A DNA stretch of 64,000 nucleotides from Phaeosaccion multiseriatum. Taxonomy: Eukaryota; Protista; Ochrophyta, other classes. Shown piece by piece: positions 11,033 to 24,258 of this stretch. Position 1 is the stretch's first letter, and each line of letters opens with the position of its first letter. The DNA lies in assembly GCA_965112735.1 (NCBI GenBank), contig OZ218951.1, positions 3,162,001-3,226,000 of the forward strand. The letters are read 5' to 3'. The position numbers and the translations under genes are program-made. The notes under the pieces were generated by a model. That model saw only the letters and a list, made by a program, of their open reading frames with translations, had not been told where the DNA came from and searched no databases.

Positions 11033-12842
11033 ATGGATGATGACGACCTCTTCGAGCTCACCGGGATGCGACTGGAGGATGGTGACGGTGTCAAGGTAAC
11101 GATTGAAGAAGATGAGGAAGAGAGGCCCCCAGCAGAAGCCTCTCCCCCGACAGCAGCTATTGCTGGTGGGGATGCTTCCACCTCTTCAACATCTCCCGGA
11201 TCTTCTTCTACGGTAGCAGCGGCATCATCGGGGAAGGGATCTGGATTCCAAACCAGCAGCATCAACAGGACGCGAAGGGATGTCGTGTTTGATCACATCC
11301 GGCCTCGAAGGCCCGAGAAGATCCTGGAGCAGCAGCCACAGACAACAGGGGTTGTAGAATTCGGCCTCTTGCTGCGGCTAGAGCGGGCGTGCATCGAGTC
11401 TGATGAGAAGTTGGCGGCGTCGACCGTGTCCGCGCTCGAAGAGGGCTTCAGGCAGACGATGAAGACTCCTGCCGTCGCCGCTGCTGCTGCTCGGGCCTGC
11501 AAGAGCTGTCTGGCAGTGGTCAAGGGTCGCTACAGTGAGGTCCTTGATAGCACTTCTCTCCTCCCTGCGACTACGGCTGCCGCTGTTGCTGCTGCTGCTG
11601 CTGCTCCTGCATCCCACGGAAGCAGTGCCGACGAACCAACCCGACGAGGGGGCTACTCCCTGCGACAAATGCGCGACCACATTGTAAGCTACATTTCAGT
11701 CGACGATGAAGACGATGAAATGAATGATGATGGTCCTGGTGGTGGTGGGGGTGGTGATCGCGTGAGCTGTGCCATGTGGAGGTCGATGGAGGCGTGCATG
11801 GTGGGGGCGGCGGCGCTCAACATCTTCCTGCAGCAGAACTTCACAGGGCCGGAGCTGCCCAAGGAGCAAGTGCGCCGAGTAAACAGAGCACTCGGAGAGG
11901 CGCTGGGACTCATACCGGTAGCGGTACCTCCTCCTCCTCCTACGTCCTCCTCCTCCTCCTCCTCCTCCGCTGCGGACAGGGGAAAGGGCGGTGATGGACA
12001 AGGCGACGCAGACGAAGACACAGACACTGACAAAGACCGGGTGAGTGGTGTGTACCATGCCGTATGTGCTCTGTAGGTCTTTTTGCCGGCCCTGTCGCAC
12101 ACTCCCTTCCGCCTCTTCCCCCTCCCTTCCTTCCTTGTGCGTCTTACGACCATCCTGCTGCCCCTTGTGGTCGGACGCTCCCTCCTTCTCTTTCATGACC
12201 TGCCGGTCCCTCACGCGAACACACACACACACACACCGCCCCTGGAACGAAGCCAACGCCAACCCCCAAGCTCCAACACCCCAATCCCTCTCGTAACATT
12301 CCTTCCTTCCTTCCTTCCTTCTTTCCTTCTTTCCTTCCTTCCTTCCTTCCTTCCTTCCTTCCTCGCAGCTCATATCCTCCGAGGCCACTTTGCTTCTGTC
12401 CGTGGACGGCGAGCTTCCCTACAATGCGAGTGAGGTGCCCGTGGCGCTCCTCGCCGCGAGGATCATCTTCAGCGCGCTCTCTCTGTCGTGTCTGTCTCCG
12501 GGGGCGAGGGGTCGAAACGACAACATGTGGGACGAGCCCGCAGCCATAGAAGAAGAGCCAGCTGCTGTTGTTGCTGCTGCCGTTGTATCACCAACTACTG
12601 TACCTGGCGGCGCCGCGGTGCCTGTGCCTCCTCCCGTCTCCGTCCCACCGGCGAGCTCGGCAGGCGGCTCGGCCTCGGGCTTGCTGCCCTTCGGGTGCCA
12701 TCTGAGTGCTCTGGAGTGGTGGGGCGGGCGGGCGGTGACAACCCACGCGCGTCTGCTGCTGAGGCTGGAGAGAACGGACTCCCTCTGGGTGGAGGCGGTC
12801 GGTCTGTGGAGAGAAGCTGTGCGGAACTTTGGAGGAGAGGGG

Positions 12843-12874
<32 letters not shown>

Positions 12875-13131
12875 GAGCAAGGCCACTACGAGCAGCAGTA
12901 GTGGCAGTAGTAGCAGTAGTAGTAGTTGTAGTGGAAGCAGTAGTGCAGTCACAGACGGCGATGGCAAGGCGTCCTACTTGTCTGCTCGGGTGTGGATGGA
13001 GTGGGGTCTCGTAGAGCACTTTTTTGAGTGCCCTGGGAAGGGCAAGGCGAGCTTCGACAGAGCAAAGCAAGCCGCCGGACTCACGGTACGTACGTATACT
13101 TGCACTGGCTGTGGCATTCTGTATCACCAAC

Positions 13132-13162
<31 letters not shown>

Positions 13163-14794
13163 ACGCTGCGATGAGGTCGAGGCTGAGGCTGACCTGTTTA
13201 CTGAGTATGAACAGGCTTTCGTGTGCTCACCGACCCAGCATTCCACCCCCCCTCCTCTCCCTCCCCTCCTCTCCCTCCCCCCCCCCCCCTCCCTGCCTCC
13301 CTCCCTCCCTCCCTCGTTCCCTCTGTCCCCCCCTCCCTCTCTCCCTCGCTCCCTCCCTCCCTCCCTCCCCTCGCCTCCCCTCCCCCCAGGCCGGGCTCTC
13401 GGGAGCACTGGGGCTTCGTACGAAGTACCAGCAGACGCCGTACGCGCAGATGGTGCTCCTTGCAGAGAGCGCTGTGGAGCCCACCCCCGAGCAACAAACT
13501 CAGCAGCGCGGCAATGACGACAAGGAGAAGGAGGAGGAGAAGGAGGAAGAGGAGGAGGAAGAGGAGGAGGGGGGGGGAGACCAGTACGGAGGCGGGGCTC
13601 TACTGACCGGGGTGGAGATGTCGGCAGCATCAGGGGTGATCGAAGTGGCCACCCACGCAGCCGACAGCCATCTGCTCGAGAGAACCAAGTTCACTAAGAG
13701 CACCACCGCAGAAGGAGGGGCCAAGGGACTCTCAAAGGAGGGGACTTCGAGTGCCGAGACGACGAGTTGGGGAAGGAGTCGACAGGCAGGACCTCTTGAG
13801 ACAGAGGGAGTGACGGGCGATGGCGAAGGGGGCGATGGGGATGAGACGAGTGAGGCAAGCGAGGCGAGTATTACGGAGGAGAGGCGGCAGCGGCTGCAGG
13901 AGGCGCCCCTGCAGGTGAGAGTGGAAACTGGAACTGAAACTGGAGCCTGCTTTGCCACAGCTATTTGCTTCCTAGCAAGGAAGATACTGCATATGTCCTC
14001 CTACTCTGTTCGGTGTCACCAACAGCTCTGCTTTGCTCTGTAATACCAACTGCTCTGCTCTATTCTGTTGGACAGGTGGTGGACCACACCATCATTTTGG
14101 GCCTGTGCCTGGACGTCAAGAACAAAAACCCCAAGGTATTGTGGTAGGGCAAGGCAGGGAGGGTAAGGTTGGGTAACGCAGGATAGGGTAGGGTAAGGCA
14201 GGGTAGGGTAGGGTAGGGTAGGGTGGGGTAGGGTGGGGTAGGGTAGGGTAGGGTAGGTAGGGTAGGGTAGGGTGGTGTAGGGTAGGGTAGGGTAGGGTAG
14301 GGTAGGGTAGGGTAGGGTAGGGTAGGGTAGGGTAGGGTGGTGTAGGGTAGGGTAGGGTGGGGTAGGGTAGGGTAGGGTAGGTAGGGTAGGGTAGGGTAGG
14401 GTAGGGCAGGGTATAAAGTAAGGTAGGCTAGGGTAGGGTAGGTCACGTGTTTGTAGGTAGCGCGTAGAAGCGGGCTCAAACACCCCCCCATCTTGACGCC
14501 CGCATGCCCTTTCCCCTTCCTCCTCTATTCACTCCCTCCCCCCTCCCCCCGTCCCACACAACCACAGGACGGGCTGACCAACGAGCAAATGTCCCCTTAC
14601 CTGGAGCGGGTCCTATCTCAGCCCTACTCATGGCTCGTGTATAGTACGGCGCTGCTGCAGAGGGCGTGGATTGAGTTCGAGCGCAATCATCGGAAGGAGA
14701 GGTCCATACTGCAGATTCAGGTCCGTGAGGGTGTCGGTGGCTGGGATATGTGTGTGCGTGCGCGTGCTACAGCGGTGGCTGGGATGTGTGTGTA

Positions 14795-14837
<43 letters not shown>

Positions 14838-17800
14838 TACAACAGACGGGTGCAGGGCACACAGGAAGGAAGGGCAATCCCTCTCTTCGTGCCTGTTCTC
14901 CTTCTCTCTCTCTCTGTGCGTGTGTATGTCTCTTTCTATATCCCATGAGTTCTCAATGGGGCCAGCCTCTCTCTCCGTCCCTCCGACCTCACCACTCCCT
15001 CTCCCTCTCTCGTGTGTTTTTTGACCTCCCTCTCTCTGTCTCTCTCTGTCTCTCTCTCTCCCGCTCTCACATATCTGCCCCCCTCTCTCCTTCCACCCCT
15101 CCCACCCCCCCTAACCTCCCCCCCCTCCAACCCCACCCCCGCCCCATCCACCATCCAGGCTCTCTTGGATCAGCACACCACACGCCTGACCATGACTCAA
15201 TCCACCTCCTCCTCAGTGGAGTCCTCCGCCCCTGTGCAGCTGCGCCTTGAGCATCTCCACTCCATCGTGTATCCTCCGCAGTGGGAGCTTAAGAGGGACC
15301 TTGCCCACAGGTACGAACGCAACCGTTACATCATCATCAGACGTATGTGACCGTTACGGAACAGTGCTGGAACAGTACGGACGAATGATGTGTGGATAGG
15401 GCGGGGCACGCATTCCCTCCACCCAGTCACACCCTCCTTCGTCTCCTGCTTCGCTCCTCCTCCTCCTCCTCCTCCTCCTCCTCCTCCTCCTCCTCCTCCT
15501 CCTCCTCCTCCTCCTCCTCCTCCCCTTCAGATACGCGTCCATTGGGGTGCTCATCAGCGCGGCTGAGCTGTACACAGAGCTGCACATGTGGGAGGAGGTG
15601 GTGGCATGTTACACCCGGGTACGTGTCTGTTACGTGTGTATTACGTGTGTATTACTTATGTATTGCATGCGCTAACCCTAAGAACCAGCAGGGCAAAGCG
15701 TGGATGGAGCAGACAAGATCAGATGAACGGCAGAGAGAAGACACAGACACAGAGAGTGAAGCGAAGAGATAGATGCACCACAACCAAACACCCACCCCCC
15801 CACCTACACACACACACTCCCCTACCCACTGAACAGACCGAGCAGCTGGAAAAGGCCGAGAAGCTGGTCCGCTCTCGCCTCGCCGTGGCCGAGACAGCGG
15901 AGATGTGGTGCGCCCTCGGTGACATCAAGAGAGACGCAGAGGCCTACGAGAGAGCGTGGACCTTGAGTAAGGGCCGCCTCTCCAAGGCCAAGGTAGCGCT
16001 GGCTCGCCTCAAGTTTGGAGAAGGGGACTTTGCGGCGGCGAGGGGCCACTTCGAGGAAGCACTTGCTGTCCGCCCCATCATGCCCGCGGTGTGGTGAGTA
16101 GGTGAAGGAGGGTTGACTGTGTACGGATGGCAGTGGATGCATGTGTGTGTATGGTGCCGCCACCGCCCCCTCTCTCTCTCTCTCTCTCTCTCTCACGGCC
16201 TGTGGATACTCACAATATACCTGACCTTCCTACCCTTGAAAGGTTTACTCTGGGCGCTACGTGCATGCGTCTGAAGGACTATGATGCTGCTCTGGCGGCA
16301 TTCACACGCTCTGCACAGCTCAACCTCGACGAAGGAGCCGAGGTAAGGAAGGATGGGAGGGAAGGAAGGAAGGAAGGAAGGAAGGAAGGAAGGAAGGAAG
16401 GAAGGAAGGAAGAAAGGAAAGGCACAGCTTCTGCTCGCCCTTGACTGCCATGCCCTACCCTTGCCCATCCACTGCCATCCCTCCCCATCCACTGCCCATC
16501 CGGCAGGCGTGGGGCAACATGGGCGCGATCCACATGCAGAAGGGGGATTGGGAGGCGGCCTACACATGTCTGTCCGAGGGACTGAGACAGGCGCGCACCA
16601 ACTGGCGCATGTGGGAGAACCAAGTCACGGTGTTGCTCAACACGGAGAGGTAGGCAGGGAGGGAGGGAGGGAGGGGGGAGGGAGGGAGGGAGGAGAGGGG
16701 AGGAGAGGGGAGGGAGGGAGGGAGGGGAGGGGAGGGAGGGAGGGAGGGAGGGAGCATACGTCTACCCGTATGCCTCTGCCTGCCTACCCATATACCCTTG
16801 CCTGCCGGTACGCCTGCCTGCCTGTCTGTCTGTATACCTACCTCTGCTCGTGTACCCACCTCCTGCCCATATCCCCCTGCCTGCCTGTCTGCGCGTATGC
16901 TTTTTGTAGATGGGGCGAGGCCGTGTATGCTTTGCAGACCCTGCTCGACATGGCCGCCTCGGGCAAGCGCAAGGGGGGGGGTGGGCTCGACATTGACGCG
17001 CTCAGGATGGTCACTCAGGGGGTCATTGAGGAGGTGAGGGAGGGGGGGGGGTAGGGTGGGCACGCAGGGAATAGCCAGCAGCAGCAGCAGCAGGAGGAGG
17101 AGGAGGAGGAGGAGGAGGAGGAGGAGGAGGAGGAGGAGGAGGAGGGGGGGGGAGGAGGAGGAGGAGGAGAGGAGGAGGGCGTGTGGAAGTTGAATTGTTG
17201 TCACATACCGGCTGTGGCCTTTCTCGACGTTGGATTACGACGATGTGTCCCTCACTCGTCTCCCTCTCGTGTTGGTTGTCTGACCACTCTGACAGGAGTC
17301 GAGGCGTTTCACAGCACATCAGCAGCAGGAGCAGCAGCGACAGATGCAGCAGCAACAGCAGCAGCAAGGCGAGGAGGCCTCTGGAGGTATCGCTGCCTCT
17401 CCGCCCGGGGGTATGCTCCTGGAACAGCTGGAGGCGCTGCTGAATCGGGCCGGAGAGACATCTCACAACAGCGGCGACTTGTGGGACATTATGGCGGTGT
17501 TGCAGGGGGCAAAGGCGAAGCTCAGGGCCGCAGCCAAGGCAAGCAGAAGCAGTGCTGCAGGCCCTGCAGCCAGCAGTGGCAGTGGTGACAACACAGAGGC
17601 TGATGCTGCTAGTGTGGATACAATTCTCGATTATAGGCTCAAGCAGGTGAGAGAAGGGGAGGGGCGGAGGAGGAGGAGGAGAGAGGAGGAGGAGGGAGGA
17701 GGAGGAGGAGGAGGAGGAGGAGGAGGAGGAGGAGGAGGAGGAGGAAGGGGAGGAGGAGGAGGAGGAGGAGGAAGAGGAGGAGGAGGAGGAGGAGGAGGAG

Positions 17801-18610
17801 GAGGAGGGGGAGGAGGAGGAAGAGGAGGAGGAGGATAGGGAGGAGGAGGAGGAGGAGAGAGGAGGAGGAGGAGAAGGTAGGGCAGGTCCGTCTTACTCAT
17901 ATCATTTTATGCAGTCTCTCTCACTCTTTTCCCTTTGTCAACACGTCTACCCTTTTTCATCACCTCTTATTACTTTTATCTCCTTTCGCATCCCCCACTC
18001 CCTCTCCCTCTCCCACTCCCTCTCCCCTCTCTGCCCTCTTCAGATGCGGGCGGTACAGGCGGATAACACAGGCTGGGCGCGCGACCCCTCGTGTGTGTCC
18101 ACGGTGAGCGCGATTGTGGCCAAGGCCGTGGAGTGCTATGCGCAGAAGGGCTCCAAGCAGTCCCTCTACGCCGCCAAGATGCTCGTCAAGGGGGCCATCA
18201 AGAAGGTGAGGTGTGGATACGGTGTGGATGTGGTGTTGTTGGGGTGTGGATTGGGTGTTGTTGGGGTGTGGATGTGGTGTAGATAGGGTGTGGATGTGGT
18301 GTGGATTGGGTGTGGATGTGGTGTAGATAGGGTGTGGATGGGGTGTGGATTGGGGTGCGGTCTGGTGCGGTTTCTCTCTCACTCTCTCTGCCTCTCCCTC
18401 TCTCCCTCTCTTCCTCTCTCCCTCTCTCCCTCCCCCCCTCTCACTCTCTCCATCTCCCTCTCCCTCTCCCTCCCCCTCCCTCCCTCCCTCGCTGTCCCCA
18501 CTCCTCTGCAGGTGGAGGTAGGAGAGCTCTGTGTGGGCAGCGAGGGTTATGTGCATCTACAGGAGCTGCTGGAGAGCGTCCTGCAGCAGACAGCCGCGCT
18601 CAACACGTAG
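11033..18610 (+). CDS. TTC27: Tetratricopeptide repeat protein 27 (Emw1) homolog; multi-exon
   Basis: LNIFLQQNFTGP, LLSVDGE, LSGALGLRTKYQQ, WLVYSTALLQRA, ERSILQIQ|ALLDQ, PPQWELKRDLA, LHMWEEVVACY and C-terminal TPRs (AWGNMGAIH, NWRMWEN). Splice phases are consistent where checked; TAG at 18608-18610. Confidence 0.9.
14140..14445. repeat. (GGGTA)n intronic satellite, G-quadruplex prone
   Basis: About 300 bp of GGGTA units immediately after a splice donor. Confidence 0.9.
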
Positions 18611-18724
18611 AAGGGACAGCTTTCTTAGTTTTCAGTTTATAATATCGAACACCATAAATTGGCTCGAGACGATATTAAACGAATCGTAGAGAGGAGAGGG
18701 CAGGAGGGGGGGTGGGGGTGGAAG

Positions 18725-18757
<33 letters not shown>

Positions 18758-19561
18758 AACCTCCCTGCCTGCCTTGCTGAAGATGCTCCTTTTGAACGAG
18801 CACTCGAAGTTCAATCACCACGTGGTCATACCTGCCTGCCGATGTGGGGGAGGGACGGATACCGCGTGACTTGAGCCTCGGCCTCCCTCTGGAGCTCTGC
18901 CTCTGGAGCTCTGCCTGCTTCTTTGCCGAGTCTGAGGCCGATGGAATGGGATTTCATCTCCTGTGTTGGAGAAGCTTTGCCTACAGGCCTTGGAAATGGA
19001 AAGGGTTACTTAAGGTTAAGGTTGGGATGTACTGCCTGCCAAGTGCTGCCCGCTGCCTGCAGATGGACAGGAATCGACCCCCCCCCCCCGAGGGGCTTGA
19101 GGTGATTCGTTACGCTGCCGTAGAGTGATGGAAGGGCGATCGATGGGAGGCATAAATAATGATTTATTACTTACTACATTGTACTCTTACTACGCTCTTA
19201 TTAGTTACTCCTTACTCTATTCTTTTAAGAGACTGAAGAGACTCGAAGAGAGTCGCACCAGCCTCACTTGCCTGCCCATGGTAAAACCCATGGTAAAATC
19301 ATTTACATTCACACAAACGGGCCCGTGATACGGTACACGCGGGCCCGATGCTTACAACCATTCACTCACCCACCCACCCACTCACTCACTCACTCACTCA
19401 CTCGCTTCTCTCACCCACTGACTTACTCTAGCACAAACCCACCCACTCCTTCACAAGCCCTCTTCCTCACTCACTCACATTCAGCGCATCTGTCAGTCAG
19501 CCCCCTCGCGTCCCCTTGCTCCTCACACCCGCCATCCACTGCCATCCTATGCCCCCATCCC

Positions 19562-20408
19562 TCAGGCCCCCCATCCACTGCCATCCTCCCCCACCACGGG
19601 CACTCCGCTGTGCACGAAGTGTGCCTCGCCGAGGTCGGCGACGAAACTCGCCCGTCTGATGAGGAGAGAGCCACAGGCAGACAGGCAGACAGGCAGACAG
19701 GCAGACAGGCAGACAGGCAGACAGGCAGACAGGCAGGGAAGGGAAGGAAGGCAGGGCAGGCAGGCCAGGCAAGGAAGGCAGTTGGGTTGGCAGGCCAGCA
19801 TACAGGCAAGGCATAAGATAAGGACAGGCATATGGGCATGGGGTGGTGAGGAGATGGTGATTTGGTGCTCACTCTCAAGGGGGTGGCGTGGGGCGCCTAC
19901 GCCTTCGCACATCGACTGTTATCTCCCTCATCCAAGGACCCCCCCATAGAGCCATATACCTTTGTACCCATAAGAGTATAGCATGATATCCCCATGTACC
20001 TCTATATACCCCAATACCCACCACACACATATCCACACACACCTTCGCAGTCGGTGGCCGAGTCTCTGCGACTTTTGCACGTAGCGCAGCTCCAGAGGCC
20101 TCTGCCCTCGGTGATGCACAGCTTCGAGCGTCCAGTGCCTTCCCTTTGTGTCTGCTTCCTCGGAGTGCTGGATAGTCTGGAGGAGGAGGAGGAGGAGGAG
20201 GAGGAGGAGGAGGAGGAGGAGGAGGATGGCTGGCAAGGTGAGTAAGAGGACTGTGGGGTGTAGGAGGGCTGAGCGAGGAGACATGGGGGGGGGGTGGAGG
20301 GAGAGAGCACGAGAAGGGGAGGCGAGCTTGTTGACTTGCTTGGCGATCTCTTGCCGACCAACGAAAGCCTGCCCCGCCCCCCTAGCTCCTGCCAGCCTGC
20401 CTACCTGT

Positions 20409-20459
<51 letters not shown>

Positions 20460-22049
20460 CCGGGCTCGGAGCTACGTACCTCGAGAGGCACGCCCGATCG
20501 GTAGTAGCTTCTCCTCGCGGAGGAAGAAGAAGGAGAAGAAGAAGACCCCGTGGCTGCGCCCCTTGTGGTCGGCGCGGGGGATGCAGACCGTCCTTGCACT
20601 GCGCGTTCGAGTGCAAATCTGCGACGCACGCACAAACACACGCACGCGCACACACACACGCACACACATATATATACAAGGACACATGAGCATACGCCGC
20701 AGGTGCCATAGAAGACGCGAGAACCTTCGCCGTCGGTGGGTGAGCACCCAACACTTACAGCTGGGGACAGACGAGTAGGTAGCACGTAGATACACAACGA
20801 CAACCCCTCAAGAAGCTTCCCTTGCTTTCAGACAGATGACTATGTGCTTGGCGGCTGCCAGTGGCCACCACCTCCCTTCCTGCCCTGCCGAAAAGCAACG
20901 CAAACCACCCACCCACACACACACGCACGCACGCACGCACGCACGCGCCCCCTCTCATGTACCTCACCTTCTCGGTGTCACTGCCACACGACCCCTGTCC
21001 TCCTCCTGCTCCTCTTCATCCTCTTCGTCCTCGTCGTCCTCCCCCCATTGCTGCGGATCGTCTCCCTGGATACCGTAACCACAGCTGTCGTAACCGTCAT
21101 TCAGCATGATGTCTTGCTCGTCTTCGTCCTCCTCGTAAGGTCGGTCCTCGTCGCGTAAGTCTGTCGTATGCGAGCGGTGAGGAGCGCTCTGGGTGTCTCT
21201 GTTATTGTCTCGTCTGTGTGAGCTGCTGCTACTCCTGAGGAGGCGTGTGGGGGTTACCGCAGAGAGCAGGGACGACATTGACGAAGATGATGATGCCGCC
21301 GTGCTGCGCGAAACCCTTCGGACTGCGGCTGCAGATGACGTGGCCAGAGCACCCCTCTTCTGCCTCCCTGTCGCCCCTCTTGCTCGCTCCTTGTGCACAT
21401 CTGTCACTACTGCTGCTTCGCTGTGTGACGCTGCTCCTCTTGTGGTCCGCGTTGAGGCGTACCCCCTGTCTCTGTCTCCTCCTCCTCTCGATCCCGAGGA
21501 GGACGAGGACGACGAGGAGTGTGTGTGCAGAATAATGCAAGAGGGGCCTGTCCACATGTCCAGCGCAAGGGCACTCGCGATGAACACGCAGAACACTGAC
21601 AGGGCGACCACTCCTGCCCACCATAGTGACATGAATGCAGCACCTCCGGCACCTCCCCCGCCCATCACCAAACCTGTGGTGTCTTGCTGCTGGTTCTGGG
21701 CAAGAGAAGGGCGGAAGTGAGGGAGAAACGAGCGAGAGAGAGGGGGGGGGGGGCGGCAGGATAGGGGAAGGATGGGTCAGATACTTTGCAAGAGCATCAT
21801 GCGAGACCGGACCTCTCTTTTATTATTCCACGTCAAATAAACATTTGGCCTTACCTCGCTGTGGGAAACGAACACACCCTCGCGCAGGTGCTCCAGCAGC
21901 TGGCTGTGAAGGACATTGTGCTCCACCAGTGTCGATGTCCGATCCATGTCGACCACCTTGTGTTCTGTGAGCTCGTCTGACGAAAGCAGAGAGGCTACGC
22001 CCACAGCACCGCCCAGGGTCCAGACCATCAGTGCCTGATACCGTGCCAT
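19562..22049 (-). CDS. Hypothetical membrane protein (signal peptide, one TM helix, disordered tail); about 5 exons, 3' end uncertain
   Basis: Phase-consistent chain: MARYQALMVWTLGG...SHSE|NQQQ...WWAGVVALSVFCVFIASALAL...TPR|RFALE...VPLE|TIQHSEE...LR|RRASFVADLGE...*. Confidence 0.6.
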
Positions 22050-22456
22050 CGTACGGCAACACGCGAGGCTCCCCTCCTTGAAGACGAGAGAGAAACCTTT
22101 CTCCGTACCGCTGCTGTTGCTGCAGCTGTAATTGTTCTACGCGGCTCCCGCCTCGGCGCTTTGGCGCTCGGCGAGACCCCAACGAGACTCTCAACCTTTT
22201 TCCCTTTGGCGTGTGGGAGCGGCGGAGCACAGAGGAAGCACACTAGCTGACGAAATTACATAAGGAGGTGTGGTGAAGAGAGCGTATAGCTTGGAGAGAG
22301 ACAGAGAGTGAGAATACGGAGAGAAAAAAAATCAAGAATTGCACAGCTGAACCCGTTAAGTCCATTTGGTGCCATCCTTGGAAATCGAGAGAGTTGTTGT
22401 GTTGTCGATATCTGTTGTCAAGCAAAACTTCTCTGAACTTCTTACTCCTTCTGAAG

Positions 22457-24224
22457 ATGAGAGAAGGTAATTGCACCAATGAGGGTGTTCTTTCTTCGAC
22501 TCAACCCGCCTCTTAACTCTGCCTGTCTTTCTCTTTCTCTCTCTCCCTTGTTTGCTCTTCACTTTCTCGTGTTTCCATCTCTCTCAGTCGGCCCGGACAA
22601 CTTCTGGGAGGTATGCCGAGGACCAGTAAGTAGCTCAAGCCCAAAGCCAAGAAGAGCCGCTGGAAGCTCAACCCGTGATTCGTCGGTCTCGCTCACATAG
22701 CAATCGCCCACATGCTATTTGTTCCCTCTGTCTCGTTGTCCTTCCCCCCTCGTCGCCAGGGGCTTGTGGTGGTGGACTTTACAGCCACTTGGTGTGGACC
22801 CTGTCGGAGAGTCGAGCCGCAGTACGAGGTAAGTCAGTGTCAGCCTGCCTGCCTACGTGCATGCCCGCGGATGTCGTGTTGTCGTGTTGACCTCCCGAGG
22901 CGGCCTTCCTTTCCCTTCCATCCTTGCTTACGAGTTGGGCTGCATGAGAGCTTCCAGGTTCCAGCACACCTATCCACATCCACACACACACACACACACA
23001 CTCTCTCTCTCTCTCTCGTACAACTCTCTTCCGATGCATTTGCCGCACTCCATTGGTTGCTTGCTCACCTTTCAGGCCCTGTCCAGGCGACACCCGGAGG
23101 TGACCTTCTGCAAATGCTGGGAACACAAGCCCGGCTGCAGGGACCTCATCATGTCGTTGGGGGTGCGGGCCTTCCCCACCTTCCATCTGTACATGAATGG
23201 GGCCAAGGTTGACGAGGTACGACGGTTGGTAGGGCGTATGCTCTGTCACTCTCTCTCTCTCCTTGCCTCCCTCTCCCTCTCCCGCTCCCTCTCCTTCTTT
23301 GTCTCCCTCTCTCTGTATGTAGGCATGTGTGGATGCAATGCGTTTTTCTCCTGTTGTGTGGAGCTGCTGCTGCGGCGGTGGTAGGCAGACAGCCATACAG
23401 GCAGGCAGCAATCAGACATACGGGCCGGGAGCAAGGGGCTGACTGCCTGGCTGTCTGCCTGGCTGACTGCCTGGCTGACTGCCTGGCTGACTGCCTGGCT
23501 CACACACACAGACGAGACATCCCCACCCCCCGTCCCTCCCTCCCTTCCTCCCTTCCTCCCTCCCTCCCTCCCTCCCTCCCTCCCCCCCTCCCTCCGTCCC
23601 TCCCTCCCTCCCACTCTCTCAGATGTCAGGCGGCAACATCAAGGAGGTTGAGAATAAGGTGCTCAGATGGGCGGCACAGGCTGCCGTGGCGGGGGTATCG
23701 GGACCCGTTCGAATCAAGCTCAGGTGTGTGCGCGCGTGCGTGCGTGCGTGCGTGCATATGTGTGTGTGTGTTGTGCGTGTGTTGTGCGTGCGAGGGTGTG
23801 AGCGGCCCGCCGACCCTCTAAGCATAAAGAGGAGAGAGAATGAAAGCATAAAGAGGCCTCTTTCTCATTCCAGTGGTATTGTCATGCGCTCTCTCGCTCC
23901 CTGTGTGGGTATGTGTGGGTGGGTGTGTGTGCGGGTATTGATACGAATGTTTGGTGTGTGCGTGCCCCCCCCCCCCCCCCCCCCAGAGTGCTGAAGGATC
24001 GGCCTCGTGAGAGCGGGGTAGGGACTATTCTCGTGGCGGAGGAGCAGGAGATGGAGGTGGAGGCCGCCGAGGGGCTCGAGGTGTTCGGTTTCCAGGTAGG
24101 GACGGGAGGGAGGAGGGGGGAGGGGAGGGAGGAGGGAGGGAGGGAGGGAGGGAGGGAGCTCCCTCTCGCACTCTCTCTCTCTCACATCACACACTCTCTC
24201 ACTCCCTGTCCCTCTGTCCCTCTG

Positions 24225-24258
<34 letters not shown>

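Noticed and set aside
14140-14445. (GGGTA)n as an interstitial telomere
   Set aside because: It does not match TTAGGG or TTTAGGG and behaves like the other donor-adjacent satellites.
20695-20760. Possible extra exon in the hypothetical membrane gene
   Set aside because: The flanking exons join in phase without it, and including it breaks the best frame.
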